Assembly: GCA_964234715.1 (NCBI GenBank) | Contig: OZ174278.1 | Strand: one strand, 5' to 3' | Length of the DNA: 64,000 nt | DNA from: Podarcis melisellensis | Lineage: Eukaryota | In this document: piece by piece, positions 26,734 through 36,604 of the stretch | How the letters are laid out: every line of letters starts with the position of its first letter | How positions within the stretch are numbered: the stretch's first letter is position 1 | Program-made: the position numbers and the translations under genes | The notes under the pieces: generated by a model | Seen by the model: only the letters and a program-made list of their open reading frames with translations | What the model was told of the DNA's origin: nothing | Database searches by the model: none

Positions 26734-28199
26734 TTGACACCCGAGGAACGAATTCTGCAAGAGTGCAGGAGGGTAAGGTTGCAATCCTATTCCGTTCCTT
26801 GGCAGTAAACCCAACTGAACTCAGTTGGCCTTACTTCTAAGTAGACATGCATTAGATTTAAGGGAGCAACTGATAAACAAAGGGGCTTAAATTCAGGGCA
26901 AATCAAGCGCGCCTGATTTCTACTGAAATCCATGGGGTTTAGGCACCAGCCTAAGGCTCTAAAATTCTATATTCATTTACTTGAGAGTATGTCCCATTGA
27001 ACTCAGTGGGGCTTAATTAGGAGTAGACGTATATAGGCTTGAGCAGCAAATATTTTTTTAAACACCCATCAGTCTAGTTTTACGCTTATTAATTGATTTT
27101 AATGGATATTTCTGAGCAACATCTTTAGGATGCAGGCTTAAATCCCATTGATTTCGAATTAACTAAAGCGCGCTTAACTTTCCCTAGACAGCACCCAATT
27201 AATTTTAACATTAAGATGCTCATAGATGCTTTTGGAAGCCGTTCAAGGGAGAGGGGAAGGTGGAGCTGCTCCAGGGCTCCCCTCCCAGTTCCGAACTGTG
27301 TTGCTTCTTGGAACAAGAGAGCAGGCGGCAAACCAGAAGGTTTGGCCGGCTATGCGCAACCAACAGCCCTACTTGGAGGTGCTGGAGGGGATAGTGGCTC
27401 AAAACTAGAGCTACCCTAAACCTGGACTGTCCAAATGGGACAGAAAAGCTGCCTGCCAGCTTGACCGCGATTTCTCCCGCTCCTCCTCAGTCCCGCGTTC
27501 CTATTACAATCCACCCAGACTGCAAATACAGTCCACACGGGGGTGAGGTGGGGTGCAGAAACCTGCCCACTTCAGACCATTAAGAGTTGCCATTTACTTT
27601 GCCACAATGTTGCTGCTAATGACAGCGCAGGCGGCTGGGCACCTTTGCGACACGTGCGGTACACAAAGGCGGCAACGAGGCAACTAACTCATTGCTCGCC
27701 AGGGCTGCGCGTCTTCGGAAACTCAATCCGGAAAACTGTCAAGCCCGCCAGCGACTGGTCGCTTCCTTCAGCTGCTACCAATCTAAAGAGCCAGGTAAAA
27801 AACGCGCCTCCATTTGCATCCAATCGATTGAGACCCGTCAGCTCGCCTTTTGTGCTATTTAATTGGGGAGGAAGAAGAAAGAGGAGGAGGCTGCTGCTCC
27901 TGGTACATATTTCCCCTCTATCGTACAACCGGTGACTTTCTAACACTAGGCTAGCCCGGTTGACAAGCGGAGAACTTCCCAGCTGTTTCCAACGTCTATC
28001 AGGCAGCGCCAGTTGAAGCCAAGTTTTCGCATGTGATGTCTCCGCTTCCTTTTCCCCGGAGCGAAGCGCCTCTCCAGTTCGCCGGGAGAAGGGTGCCGGG
28101 TTCCTGGCACCTGCGGTCCCCTTTGCGCCACGAGCAGGCTCCGGAGGACGCCTGGCGAGAAGAGTGGCAAGCAGTCCTTTCCCCAACAGCCGTAGCCGC

Positions 28200-28430
28200 C
28201 TTCCGCCTCCTCGCCTGCCCAATGGGTCGCTGGCCTGGCTGGTCCCTTTCTGCCACCAGCCGCCTACCTTGAGTTTGTGCGTTTCTCTGTCTCCCCGAGA
28301 GGGATTAATTAACCAGGCTGGAGCTGGAAGAGGCTGCCGTGACGAGCCCAGTGGCGATTGGCCGCCCGCCTGCCTGGCCCTGCCTTTATAATTTCCACGC
28401 GAGTGCATCTGGGCTCTTATACAAACCAAC
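28200..28430. promoter_or_regulatory. Putative MAB21L1 proximal promoter
   Basis: CCAAT 28219-28223, GGATTAATTAA 28302-28312, half-CRE TGACG 28340-28344, reverse CCAAT (ATTGG) 28357-28361 and TATA-like CTTTATAAT 28384-28392, all in a CpG island ~650 bp upstream of the ATG. The TSS is inferred. Confidence 0.65.
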
Positions 28431-29047
28431 AGCCAGCTTCTCCTGACATATACACACACTCAGAGACAGGGAGACACACACACACAGAGGGGGAGAGAGA
28501 GAGAGAAACACCCAGAAATCCGCCCCCCCCCCCATCTGACTACCAACATTGCGCGCAGACACACACACACTCACACCCCGTGGTGACTCCAGGAGAAAAA
28601 TAAATGCCTGCTCCGATGTGTTATTATTTTGACTGGTGGGAGCCTGGCTGCAACTGGGCGCAAACTTTGCTTCCCTTTTTTTAACTGCAGCTCTTCCATG
28701 CTTTCCTCTGCTTCCTGAAGGATCCTTTCCAACAAAAAACCCAGGGGTTTGTGTGCCTGTGCGTTTTGGGAAAGACTCGGAGATCTGTCCCGGGCAGAAG
28801 TGTCCACCTCCAGCCTGCAAGGAGAGAGAAAGACAGCCTGCGAGCGAGCCTCGGAGCTGAGGAGGAGCCGAGCAGCAGAAAGAGCAGCGGCGGCGGCGAG
28901 AGCAGCGCCTTTGGGCGGCCTGGGGCTCCGCTTCCCCGCGCCGGGCGTCCGGATTCCCGTCTGAAGTTGGCTCCCGCCTTAGCAGCCGCATTGGATCCCA
29001 GCGCCTACTGCGAGACTCCGGTCTACAACCCGGATCTCTGTCCCAAC

Positions 29048-30127
29048 ATGATCGCGGCGCAGGCCAAGCTGGTGTACCACCTCAACAAATACTACAACGA
29101 GAAGTGCCAGGCGCGCAAGGCGGCCATCGCCAAGACCATCCGCGAGGTGTGCAAGGTGGTGTCGGACGTGCTGAAGGAGGTGGAGGTGCAGGAGCCGCGC
29201 TTCATCAGCTCCCTCAACGAGATGGACAACCGCTACGAGGGCCTGGAGGTCATCTCGCCCACCGAGTTCGAGGTGGTGCTCTACCTCAACCAGATGGGCG
29301 TCTTCAACTTCGTCGACGACGGCTCGCTGCCCGGCTGCGCCGTGCTCAAGCTGAGCGACGGGCGCAAGCGGAGCATGTCGCTCTGGGTGGAGTTCATCAC
29401 GGCCTCGGGCTACCTGTCGGCGCGCAAGATCCGCTCGCGCTTCCAGACGCTGGTGGCGCAGGCCGTGGACAAGTGCAGCTACCGCGACGTGGTGAAGATG
29501 GTGGCGGACACCAGCGAGGTCAAGCTGCGCATCCGCGACCGCTACGTGGTGCAGATCACGCCCGCCTTCAAGTGCACGGGCATCTGGCCGCGCAGCGCGG
29601 CGCACTGGCCGCTGCCGCACATCCCCTGGCCGGGGCCCAACCGCGTGGCCGAGGTGAAGGCCGAGGGCTTCAACCTGCTCTCCAAGGAGTGCCACTCGCT
29701 GGCCGGCAAGCAGAGCTCGGCCGAGAGCGACGCCTGGGTGCTGCAGTTCGCCGAGGCCGAGAACCGGCTGCAGATGGGCGGCTGCCGCAAGAAATGCCTC
29801 TCCATCCTCAAGACGCTGCGCGATCGCCACCTCGAGCTGCCCGGCCAGCCGCTCAACAACTACCACATGAAGACTCTGGTGTCGTACGAGTGCGAGAAGC
29901 ATCCCCGCGAGTCGGACTGGGACGAGTCGTGCCTGGGCGACCGGCTCAACGGCATCTTGCTGCAGCTCATCTCGTGCCTGCAGTGCAGGCGCTGCCCGCA
30001 CTACTTCTTGCCCAACTTAGACCTCTTCCAGGGCAAGCCGCACTCGGCCCTCGAAAACGCGGCCAAACAAACGTGGCGGCTGGCCAGGGAGATCCTCACC
30101 AACCCCAAAAGTTTGGAGAAACTTTAG
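29048..30127 (+). CDS. MAB21L1: Protein mab-21-like 1 (MAB21/cGAS-like nucleotidyltransferase fold), intronless, 359 aa
   Basis: ATG at 29048 (aacATGa) to TAG at 30125-30127 gives 1080 nt. The translation MIAAQAKLVYHLNKYYNEKCQARK...SPTEFEVVLYL...ILTNPKSLEKL matches my recollection of vertebrate MAB21L1 (YHLNKYYNEK and NEMDNRY are L1-type rather than L2-type). Nesting in NBEA, not LRBA, also indicates L1. The ORF-track start at 28751 is a GTG, not the canonical start. Confidence 0.98.
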   Translation: MIAAQAKLVYHLNKYYNEKCQARKAAIAKTIREVCKVVSDVLKEVEVQEPRFISSLNEMDNRYEGLEVISPTEFEVVLYLNQMGVFNFVDDGSLPGCAVLKLSDGRKRSMSLWVEFITASGYLSARKIRSRFQTLVAQAVDKCSYRDVVKMVADTSEVKLRIRDRYVVQITPAFKCTGIWPRSAAHWPLPHIPWPGPNRVAEVKAEGFNLLSKECHSLAGKQSSAESDAWVLQFAEAENRLQMGGCRKKCLSILKTLRDRHLELPGQPLNNYHMKTLVSYECEKHPRESDWDESCLGDRLNGILLQLISCLQCRRCPHYFLPNLDLFQGKPHSALENAAKQTWRLAREILTNPKSLEKL

Positions 30128-31030
30128 AGGGCCAGCCAGCGGCGGCCTGACGCTATTCTTCTCTCCCCCGCGAAAAGAAAAGAAAAAACTGCCTTTCTCT
30201 TCGGAGGATTCTGCTGGGTTTTACAGGGCAAACGTCGCCCTGCGTTCGGGGAAGAGGCTGCCCGCCTGCGCACACCAAGCCAACTGCAAGTATTATGACT
30301 CTTGCCGGTATCCCGGTTTTAAAAGCCTGCCCGGAAAACGAAACGAAACGAAACCGTGTATGATTATCACCAGGGGAAATGCAATATTGGCTGCCGTTTT
30401 TAGCCTGATTGTGACCACTCCGCCTAGAAACCAGACCAATGGATTATAACGAGGCCGGGATTTTTGTGCGACTAAGAGAGAAATCTGAAGATGCCACCCA
30501 AATAACCACAACCGTTAGATAGGAAAAGAAACAAAACAAACCACAACTGTCCCAACTCTTCCCCTGTACATTTTTTAAAAAAAAATTGTATGGAATATTG
30601 TGATCTCACATTGTCTTTGAAATTGTGGGTGTTAGTGTTTTGTGATTTGGTGAAAAGAAGTTAAATTGCCATTTTGGATACTTCAGGACATTTTCTGCTC
30701 AAGAAGATACCGCTTAAAAAAAAAGGTAGATTTTATCATGGTACTTTTGTTACTTGTCTTTTGAAGTGTCTAAGCTAAAAAAAAGTTTACATTTTTTTTG
30801 TTTCAAATATATTGCTTGTTCTATTTCTACCATTCCATAAATATACTTGAAATGTTATTTAAATATATTCAGAAGAAATTTGGATTTTGCTTATATAATT
30901 GTGAATATTGGAATTATATATTGGAAAAATGCACTTGAAATACACTGGATAATTACTTTTTGTGATTTAAATTTCTGTTGCTGATTTTATTTAATTACAA
31001 GCTAATAAATAAAAGTAAAATAAATATGCT
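30128..31030 (+). other. MAB21L1: MAB21L1 3' UTR with clustered polyadenylation signals
   Basis: AU-rich tract after the stop codon. AATAAA at 31004-31009, 31008-31013 and 31019-31024, followed by a return to GC-rich sequence. Confidence 0.75.
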
Positions 31031-31820
31031 TAAGAGTTTCAGTGCTGGATTCCATCTGGGTTTGTGCAAGCCCTCAGTCTGCTACATTCTCTCTTTTTGG
31101 GGGGCGGGGAGGGGCGGTGTAAAATGGGTCTGAAGCCCTTGACGGCCTGTTAAAAGTAGCATAATTTAAAATGAAGATAAAAATCGGTGTAGCCTACCCT
31201 TAAAAAATGGGGTCCTGAAGGCCATCGACATCGGTCACACTCTGGTGTGTGGCAATTAAGCGAGTAACATTTTTACAACCCTCAGGAAATAAATCTACTT
31301 CCCAAAAGATTTAGTGGGCCAGGCTAACGCGGCTGTCCGGTTTTGAACCAAGCTGAAGGCACGCATTACCCAAGTGAGCCTAGTTTGTAACAAAATTAAC
31401 AGCACTTGGAGAGAAGGGAGGGGGAAACTACAACGTTCAGAGATTTGCGGGGGTCAAGCCAACAATCGGCAGGTAAAGAATGTTGCTACCTTTGCCCTAA
31501 ACATCACCAGCCTGGCCATAAAGCCGCCGCCAGTTGTGTTTGGGGAAAGCGAGCGCCGGCCTCTCCGGAGGCCCCGCCGGAGCAAAGGAGCCGCCTCCGC
31601 CAGAAGCCCCGTCCTGCCCTTGCAGAGAGCGCAGCAGGCAGTTCCTTCCGGATGCAAACCGTGATTCAGCCAAAGGGCAAATATCCCGGCAAGCATTGAG
31701 GGGGTGCAACAATGTGCTCAAGATCTGCCCAGGTGATACTGTTTCAAACTTCAGGGCGCTCTGCCCGCGCTTGGATGCGCTGCAGCAAAACCGTTAGACT
31801 CGCCATGTTACCCAACTCCA

Positions 31821-31857
31821 TGTTTTGTTTTGTTTTGTTTTGTTTTGTTTTGTTTTG
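31821..31857. repeat. (TGTTT)n pentanucleotide repeat
   Basis: Read directly from the sequence. Confidence 0.9.
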
Positions 31858-32588
31858 CTTGCGTGTGTGTTTTAAAATCCGGAAGACACTTTTAATTCTT
31901 CCTGTCAAGGTTGGCAGGCGGGCAACAGACGGAATGGCCTCGACACTGAGGCCACAATAGTGTGCATTTACACAAGGCTACGAAAGTGAAATTAAAATAA
32001 CAATATCACTATAGATCCGGAGAGAAGGAAAACGACATGGACGTGAACTTTTGAATTCTGTAACAAGGCAAATCTCCGCTCTATCTCCTTGCTCCAGGGG
32101 TCTTCGGAAGAGATTCTGTCTTTGCGCACCCCAACCTTGCTAGTTCCTACAGTGCAATTGCTGCTCCGCGCGCCCCTGCAACGCGCACCCGCGCAGAAGC
32201 GGAAGCTCCAGTCCCTGGGGACTGCGTCGAAGGCAGACGGAGAGGGAAGCGCGTCTCCTTGTCTGCCGCGGGTGCCCGAGGAAAGAGGCTGGAGTGCGGG
32301 CCCGCCATTACCTCGAGGGATTTCCGAGCAATTGGCTTAACTGCTAAATCTGCCCACGTTCATACAAAGGCCTTCGGGGGGAAGTGCGGGGGGGGGGAGA
32401 GAGATTTGTTAAAAAGCGAGCGCGGGAGTAAGAGCGGATTTTACATCATTAACGCGCCGCGCTCTTAAATAAAACAGCCACGGAGTCAGACGAAGGGGGG
32501 CGCTTCCAGGCACTTGGGAGCATTCATGGTTATGGGAAACCTCCCCCTCCTCCCCCCAACCCCCCCCCAACTTGGGTCCTGTACTCAC

Positions 32589-32725
32589 TTTAGGGTCGAT
32601 CTTCTTGAAGGCCGTGTCTTCCTCGTCTACCTCGAAGTAGATCTCGGTGGTGGTGATGGAGAGGGTGCCCTTGGCCACTACCACCGGCGCGATGAGCTGG
32701 GCCGGCGTGCTGAGGACCACGGGGC
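32589..32725 (-). CDS. NBEA: Neurobeachin internal coding exon (137 nt, phase 1-0), start of the PH-like domain before BEACH
   Basis: Minus strand reads cctcac..tcttgtcttgcag|GC CCC GTG...GAC CCT AAA|gtgagt, encoding (G)[45 protein letters not shown]. Canonical AG/GT sites; joins the exon at 51124-51267 in frame. Confidence 0.96.
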
Positions 32726-35700
32726 CTGCAAGACAAGACGGAGCGGCGTGAGGAGGCTGCGAAAGAGAGGCCGGCTGCTTTGCCCGACGACGGCAGAGCG
32801 GACCGAGGAAGCCGTCGGACTCAGGCGAAGGATGCCTACGGAGCGCTGCCGGGACACCTAGGCTTCAGGAAGCGGGACGCTGTGTATGCCTGAACCTCAA
32901 AGGATGGTCGACGGACCATCGGAAAAGCAGGCCACTTTATAGGTCTTCCAAACTAAACAACACCCAAGAACTAGGTTGTGTTTAGGAAGATTGATTTGAG
33001 AATACTAGCGGGTTTCGGGTGGGGGGATCACCCGCTGATGAAAATAGCCCCTCTCTTCCTATCTCGAAGCCCGATCCCAAAGGTCGAGTGCAGGTCCCAC
33101 TCAATTCAGTAAATTCACCGGTTTGCACGTGCGTATGAAGAGCAGCCTAAGACGGGCAGCGAATATTTAGAAAAGTAGTGTCACGGAATAAAAATCAGAG
33201 GGGCTTCCAATAAAATATATTTAGATTTACGCTTCCTGTGTCTAGTCATAAAATTACAATACAAATTATGCACCACACATATCGAATATGTTTTACTTCT
33301 TTTTTTATTATTCTGGACGTTAGGCAATGCAGTGTTTTCTACATCATAAAACTATTTGCGAGACATCAGATGCCAGACGAGGGCTCTCTGTGTGAAGAAA
33401 ATGTGTATGTGTGTGTAAAATAAAGTGCAGCCTTTATTGTGAAACAAACAGTTGTTATAAAGAAAACGATTTGTCTCCGCAAAGACGCCAGAAACAATCT
33501 CTCTCCCTCTGAAATTTATTGAAATGTTAATGCTGAGAGCATAATTACTCCAAAACAAAAATAGTCAGTTATTCTAACTTGCTTACACGCATGTATATTC
33601 TACAGAATTCATCGGGATTTAGTCCCAAGTAAATGTGCACAGAATCGTAGCTCAAACCTGCAAGAAAACCCCGAAATTATTTGGGCATTTCTAGTACTGT
33701 GCAACGCAATCCTCTGCGGGTTTCCTCGGGAGGCGGATCCGGCTGTATTCGGCGAGTCAGGCTGCCTAGTTAGGGTCCTGGCGACGGCAACCTTAGAGCC
33801 AAGCGCCGTGGGGCTCCTCAGAGCAGGAGGACCAGTAATAGGAACCAGGCATCTGATGGTCTGACAAGCGTATGCCATAATAAATGTGTTAACATTTAAG
33901 GTGCCATAAGGCTCTTTGCTGTTTGCGGACCTTTATTACATTGACTCTAAGGAGACTTCCCATCCGGATCCTAAACGAACTTACTGGAAAATCCACCTCG
34001 AGATCTATGCAGATCGCATAAAAATAAATGCATGGAATAATGGGATATTGAGCCAATATGGATAAATAAACCGAGACATCTATTCAAATAACATGAAATG
34101 CAATACACTGATGCCACATTTTAGAAACTGGGAAATAATAAGGCATAGTATTATCTGGCTGCTGGTATTATTGTTGTTTTTTCCTTTAGGTGCTGAGACT
34201 GTTGATTCCGTGTGTGTGTGAAATGTTGTGCTCGGTCGGATTTGGTTTCTGGTGTCTCTCCAGCAGCCTTTCCCCGGCTTCTTTTCTGTGGGGAAGGCAG
34301 CTGAGGTAGGGGCTGGCTGGCTGGCGCTCGGTCCGACCACCGTTTGAGCTGCCAAGCTCTGCCCTCCTCCAGGGCCCAGTCTCCTGCCTCTACGGATCCC
34401 CTTCCTACCCGCCACTTAGCCCGGCCTCAGCCCGTCTCTCGGCCTGACGGAGAGCGTGGCAGGCCTCATTTCAGCGCTAACTTCCCTCCCTTCCAAGCAT
34501 CGCCTCCTTCCCTGCTCTCCACCCAGCCCTAGGCAACGCTCGGCTTCCCGCCTCTGACAGCTCTCAAGCCAGCCCACCAGGGGCTGGATAATATGGAGAC
34601 AAACTCTATTTTCGTTCATTTTCTTGTTTTCCCCACGCCTAATAGGCCAGCCTGGCCTCTTCACCCCGGTCAGCTGATGCGGACCATACGCGCGGGGCTT
34701 GGGCATCGCCCTTGCTCCGTCCTCCCTGCCGCCTCCCCCTCCGGCCGGACAGCGCCAGTGGCGCTCGGCGAGCCGGCGAGCAAGCAGGCGGGCAAGCGGG
34801 CCGCCCTCCTGGCCGGCGGGGCTCCTGCTTAGGGCAGCGGATCGATCCGAAACGGCGCTTTAAAGGCTCATCAATCTTAATCTCGGTCGCTCGAGTAATT
34901 ACGCGCGATTCTCTCGTGCGATTACAAGTGGATTTGGGTTTCGATTCCCCAGGCCCCTCGCCTTTGTGCGTAATGGCAGGCCGAGCTCTCCAGGCAGCAG
35001 CAGCAGCAGCTCCCGGGCCCTGCTGCTGCTGCTGCTTCTCTCCGCCCCTCTGCGATCGCCACCCCGGCCCCTCTCCTCTCCCCGCCCCCGTCTGCCTTTA
35101 ACCCTTCCTCGACACCCGAGCGCCGGGGCTTTACAGGCCTCGGCGAGAAAATTTTTAAAAAGTCCCTTAAAGATGATGCAGTTGGGGAGCTGCGTGATAG
35201 TCGATCATGATAAGAAGGCGTTTAGTGGGCCTTGCGCGCTCCCAGAAGGAAGATCAGGTAGTTAACCCAATTACCTCCCGGCTCCCCGCTTGTTATATGG
35301 GCAAAATAAAAAGGAAGTGGCTGGTAGTTCGCGGTCAGGAGGCCAGAGACTATAACAAGAAATCTTTTTCTTCATCGAGAGAGAGAATGCCTAAATCTTT
35401 TGTGTGCGGGGCGTGGGTGCGCAAGGGAGAATGACAGTGGCGAACCGGGTTTAATTTTCAGAATGGCTGCTGGAAATAAGTGCATCGCGGAGATTTCCGA
35501 GCAAAAGGCCTGCGAGGAACCCCTCACACTTCCAAGCGCTCTGAACAAACGACCTTGTGAAATCCTATACGAGCCTGAACTAGGCAAAAACAGCTACCAC
35601 TCAAACCAGCGGCGTTTCGAAGGATCACAAGATGTTTCCATTAACTTTTTTTTCCCCGCGAAAGGGAAGAAAGCGGTGGGGGGGGGGGTGTTACTTAGCA

Positions 35701-36267
35701 GCATGAATATTCCTGATTAGTTCATTATCAAAACCCATGTAAGTAAGCAAGCCTTGATATTATCCCAGCGAGGAGGTATCAGAGATGGAAAGCAGAGTCA
35801 GCACTCAGGGCCCTTGTGTCTGGGGGTGGTGTGTTAAGTACTGGTCCTTTTACCCAGCCACCACCCCTTGCTTTGGGCTTCGCCAGCCCATTGCTTCTGC
35901 TATCCTCCCCGAACCAGAAGGCAGCTGCTTCCTGCTCCCCAACAAAAAGTGGGTGACTGAGCGGTGGCTGCAAGGAGCTACTTCCTTGCTTTGATCACTG
36001 ACCATCTCTTATCTGGCTCATGCAGGGGAAAGACATTTGGCCCAGTGGCGGCACCTGAAGAAAGTGTAATGAAAGATGGTGGCTGCCCTTTGCAAGAACA
36101 TCTGTACCTCTCTCATTTACCCCCCGCCCTGGTCTGCTGGAGAGTGGGGACTGGGCCCTGGAGGGCCACCCAGGGAGAGGTGGCAAGAGCAACCACCACT
36201 CCACTTGCTTGCTTGGCCCTCTCTTGCTGGGTGGGGTGGTAGGGAAGAGTCCAGTAAGGGAAATCCA

Positions 36268-36408
36268 CATAGAATCATGTAATTGTAAAGATGGAAGGGA
36301 CCACAGAGTCATCTAGGCTAATCCCCTGGGATGCAGGAATACTTTGCCCAACATGGGACTCAAACCCACAACCCTGACATTAAGAGTCTCATGCTCTACC
36401 AAGCGATA
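36268..36408 (-). mobile_element. Second copy of the tRNA-derived, CR1-tailed SINE
   Basis: The reverse complement matches 3405-3537 (GGTAGAGCATGAGACTCTTAAT...GGGTTTGAGTCCCATGTTGGGC...CCCTTCCA...ATGATTCTATG). Confidence 0.75.
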
Positions 36409-36604
36409 CTTTCCTTACTGTTGGTTTATGGTCCCTTTCCTATGGAACATGGTGGAATGCCCAAACCGGGAAGTTGCATTAGACATAATATTTTAGAATG
36501 GAAACCCTTCAAATATTATGTATTAACCCCTTCACAACCAGAACCCATCTGTAGGAGAGAAATGGCCAGGGCACAACAACTTCAGAGCTAACTAGATCTA
36601 TCAC

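Larger units (their letters stand above)
25880..30300. promoter_or_regulatory. CpG island(s) over the MAB21L1 upstream region, promoter and CDS
   Basis: High GC and dense CpG at ~25880-26620 and ~27460-30300, against a CpG-depleted AT-rich background (judged by eye). Confidence 0.85.
31300..35660. promoter_or_regulatory. CpG-rich islands downstream of MAB21L1, covering the NBEA exon
   Basis: CpG-dense blocks at ~31300-33150 and ~33700-35660. Confidence 0.8.

Noticed and set aside
26551-26840. Poly-Asn and poly-Tyr ORFs
   Set aside because: Translations of the (AAT)23 microsatellite.
28751-29047. 458-aa MAB21L1 starting at 28751, as in the ORF track
   Set aside because: The start is a GTG in weak context and most of the added sequence looks like GC-rich UTR. 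Only the last 19-29 codons are kept as a hypothesis.
29048-30127. MAB21L1 as a novel cGAS-like immune system
   Set aside because: The fold relationship to cGAS is already known. This is the ordinary developmental ortholog and no partner genes are nearby.
28979-30150. Long overlapping ORFs (340 aa on minus, 348 aa in another + frame)
   Set aside because: Shadow ORFs from the extreme GC3 of the MAB21L1 CDS. The products are low-complexity or antisense-biased with no recognisable domain.
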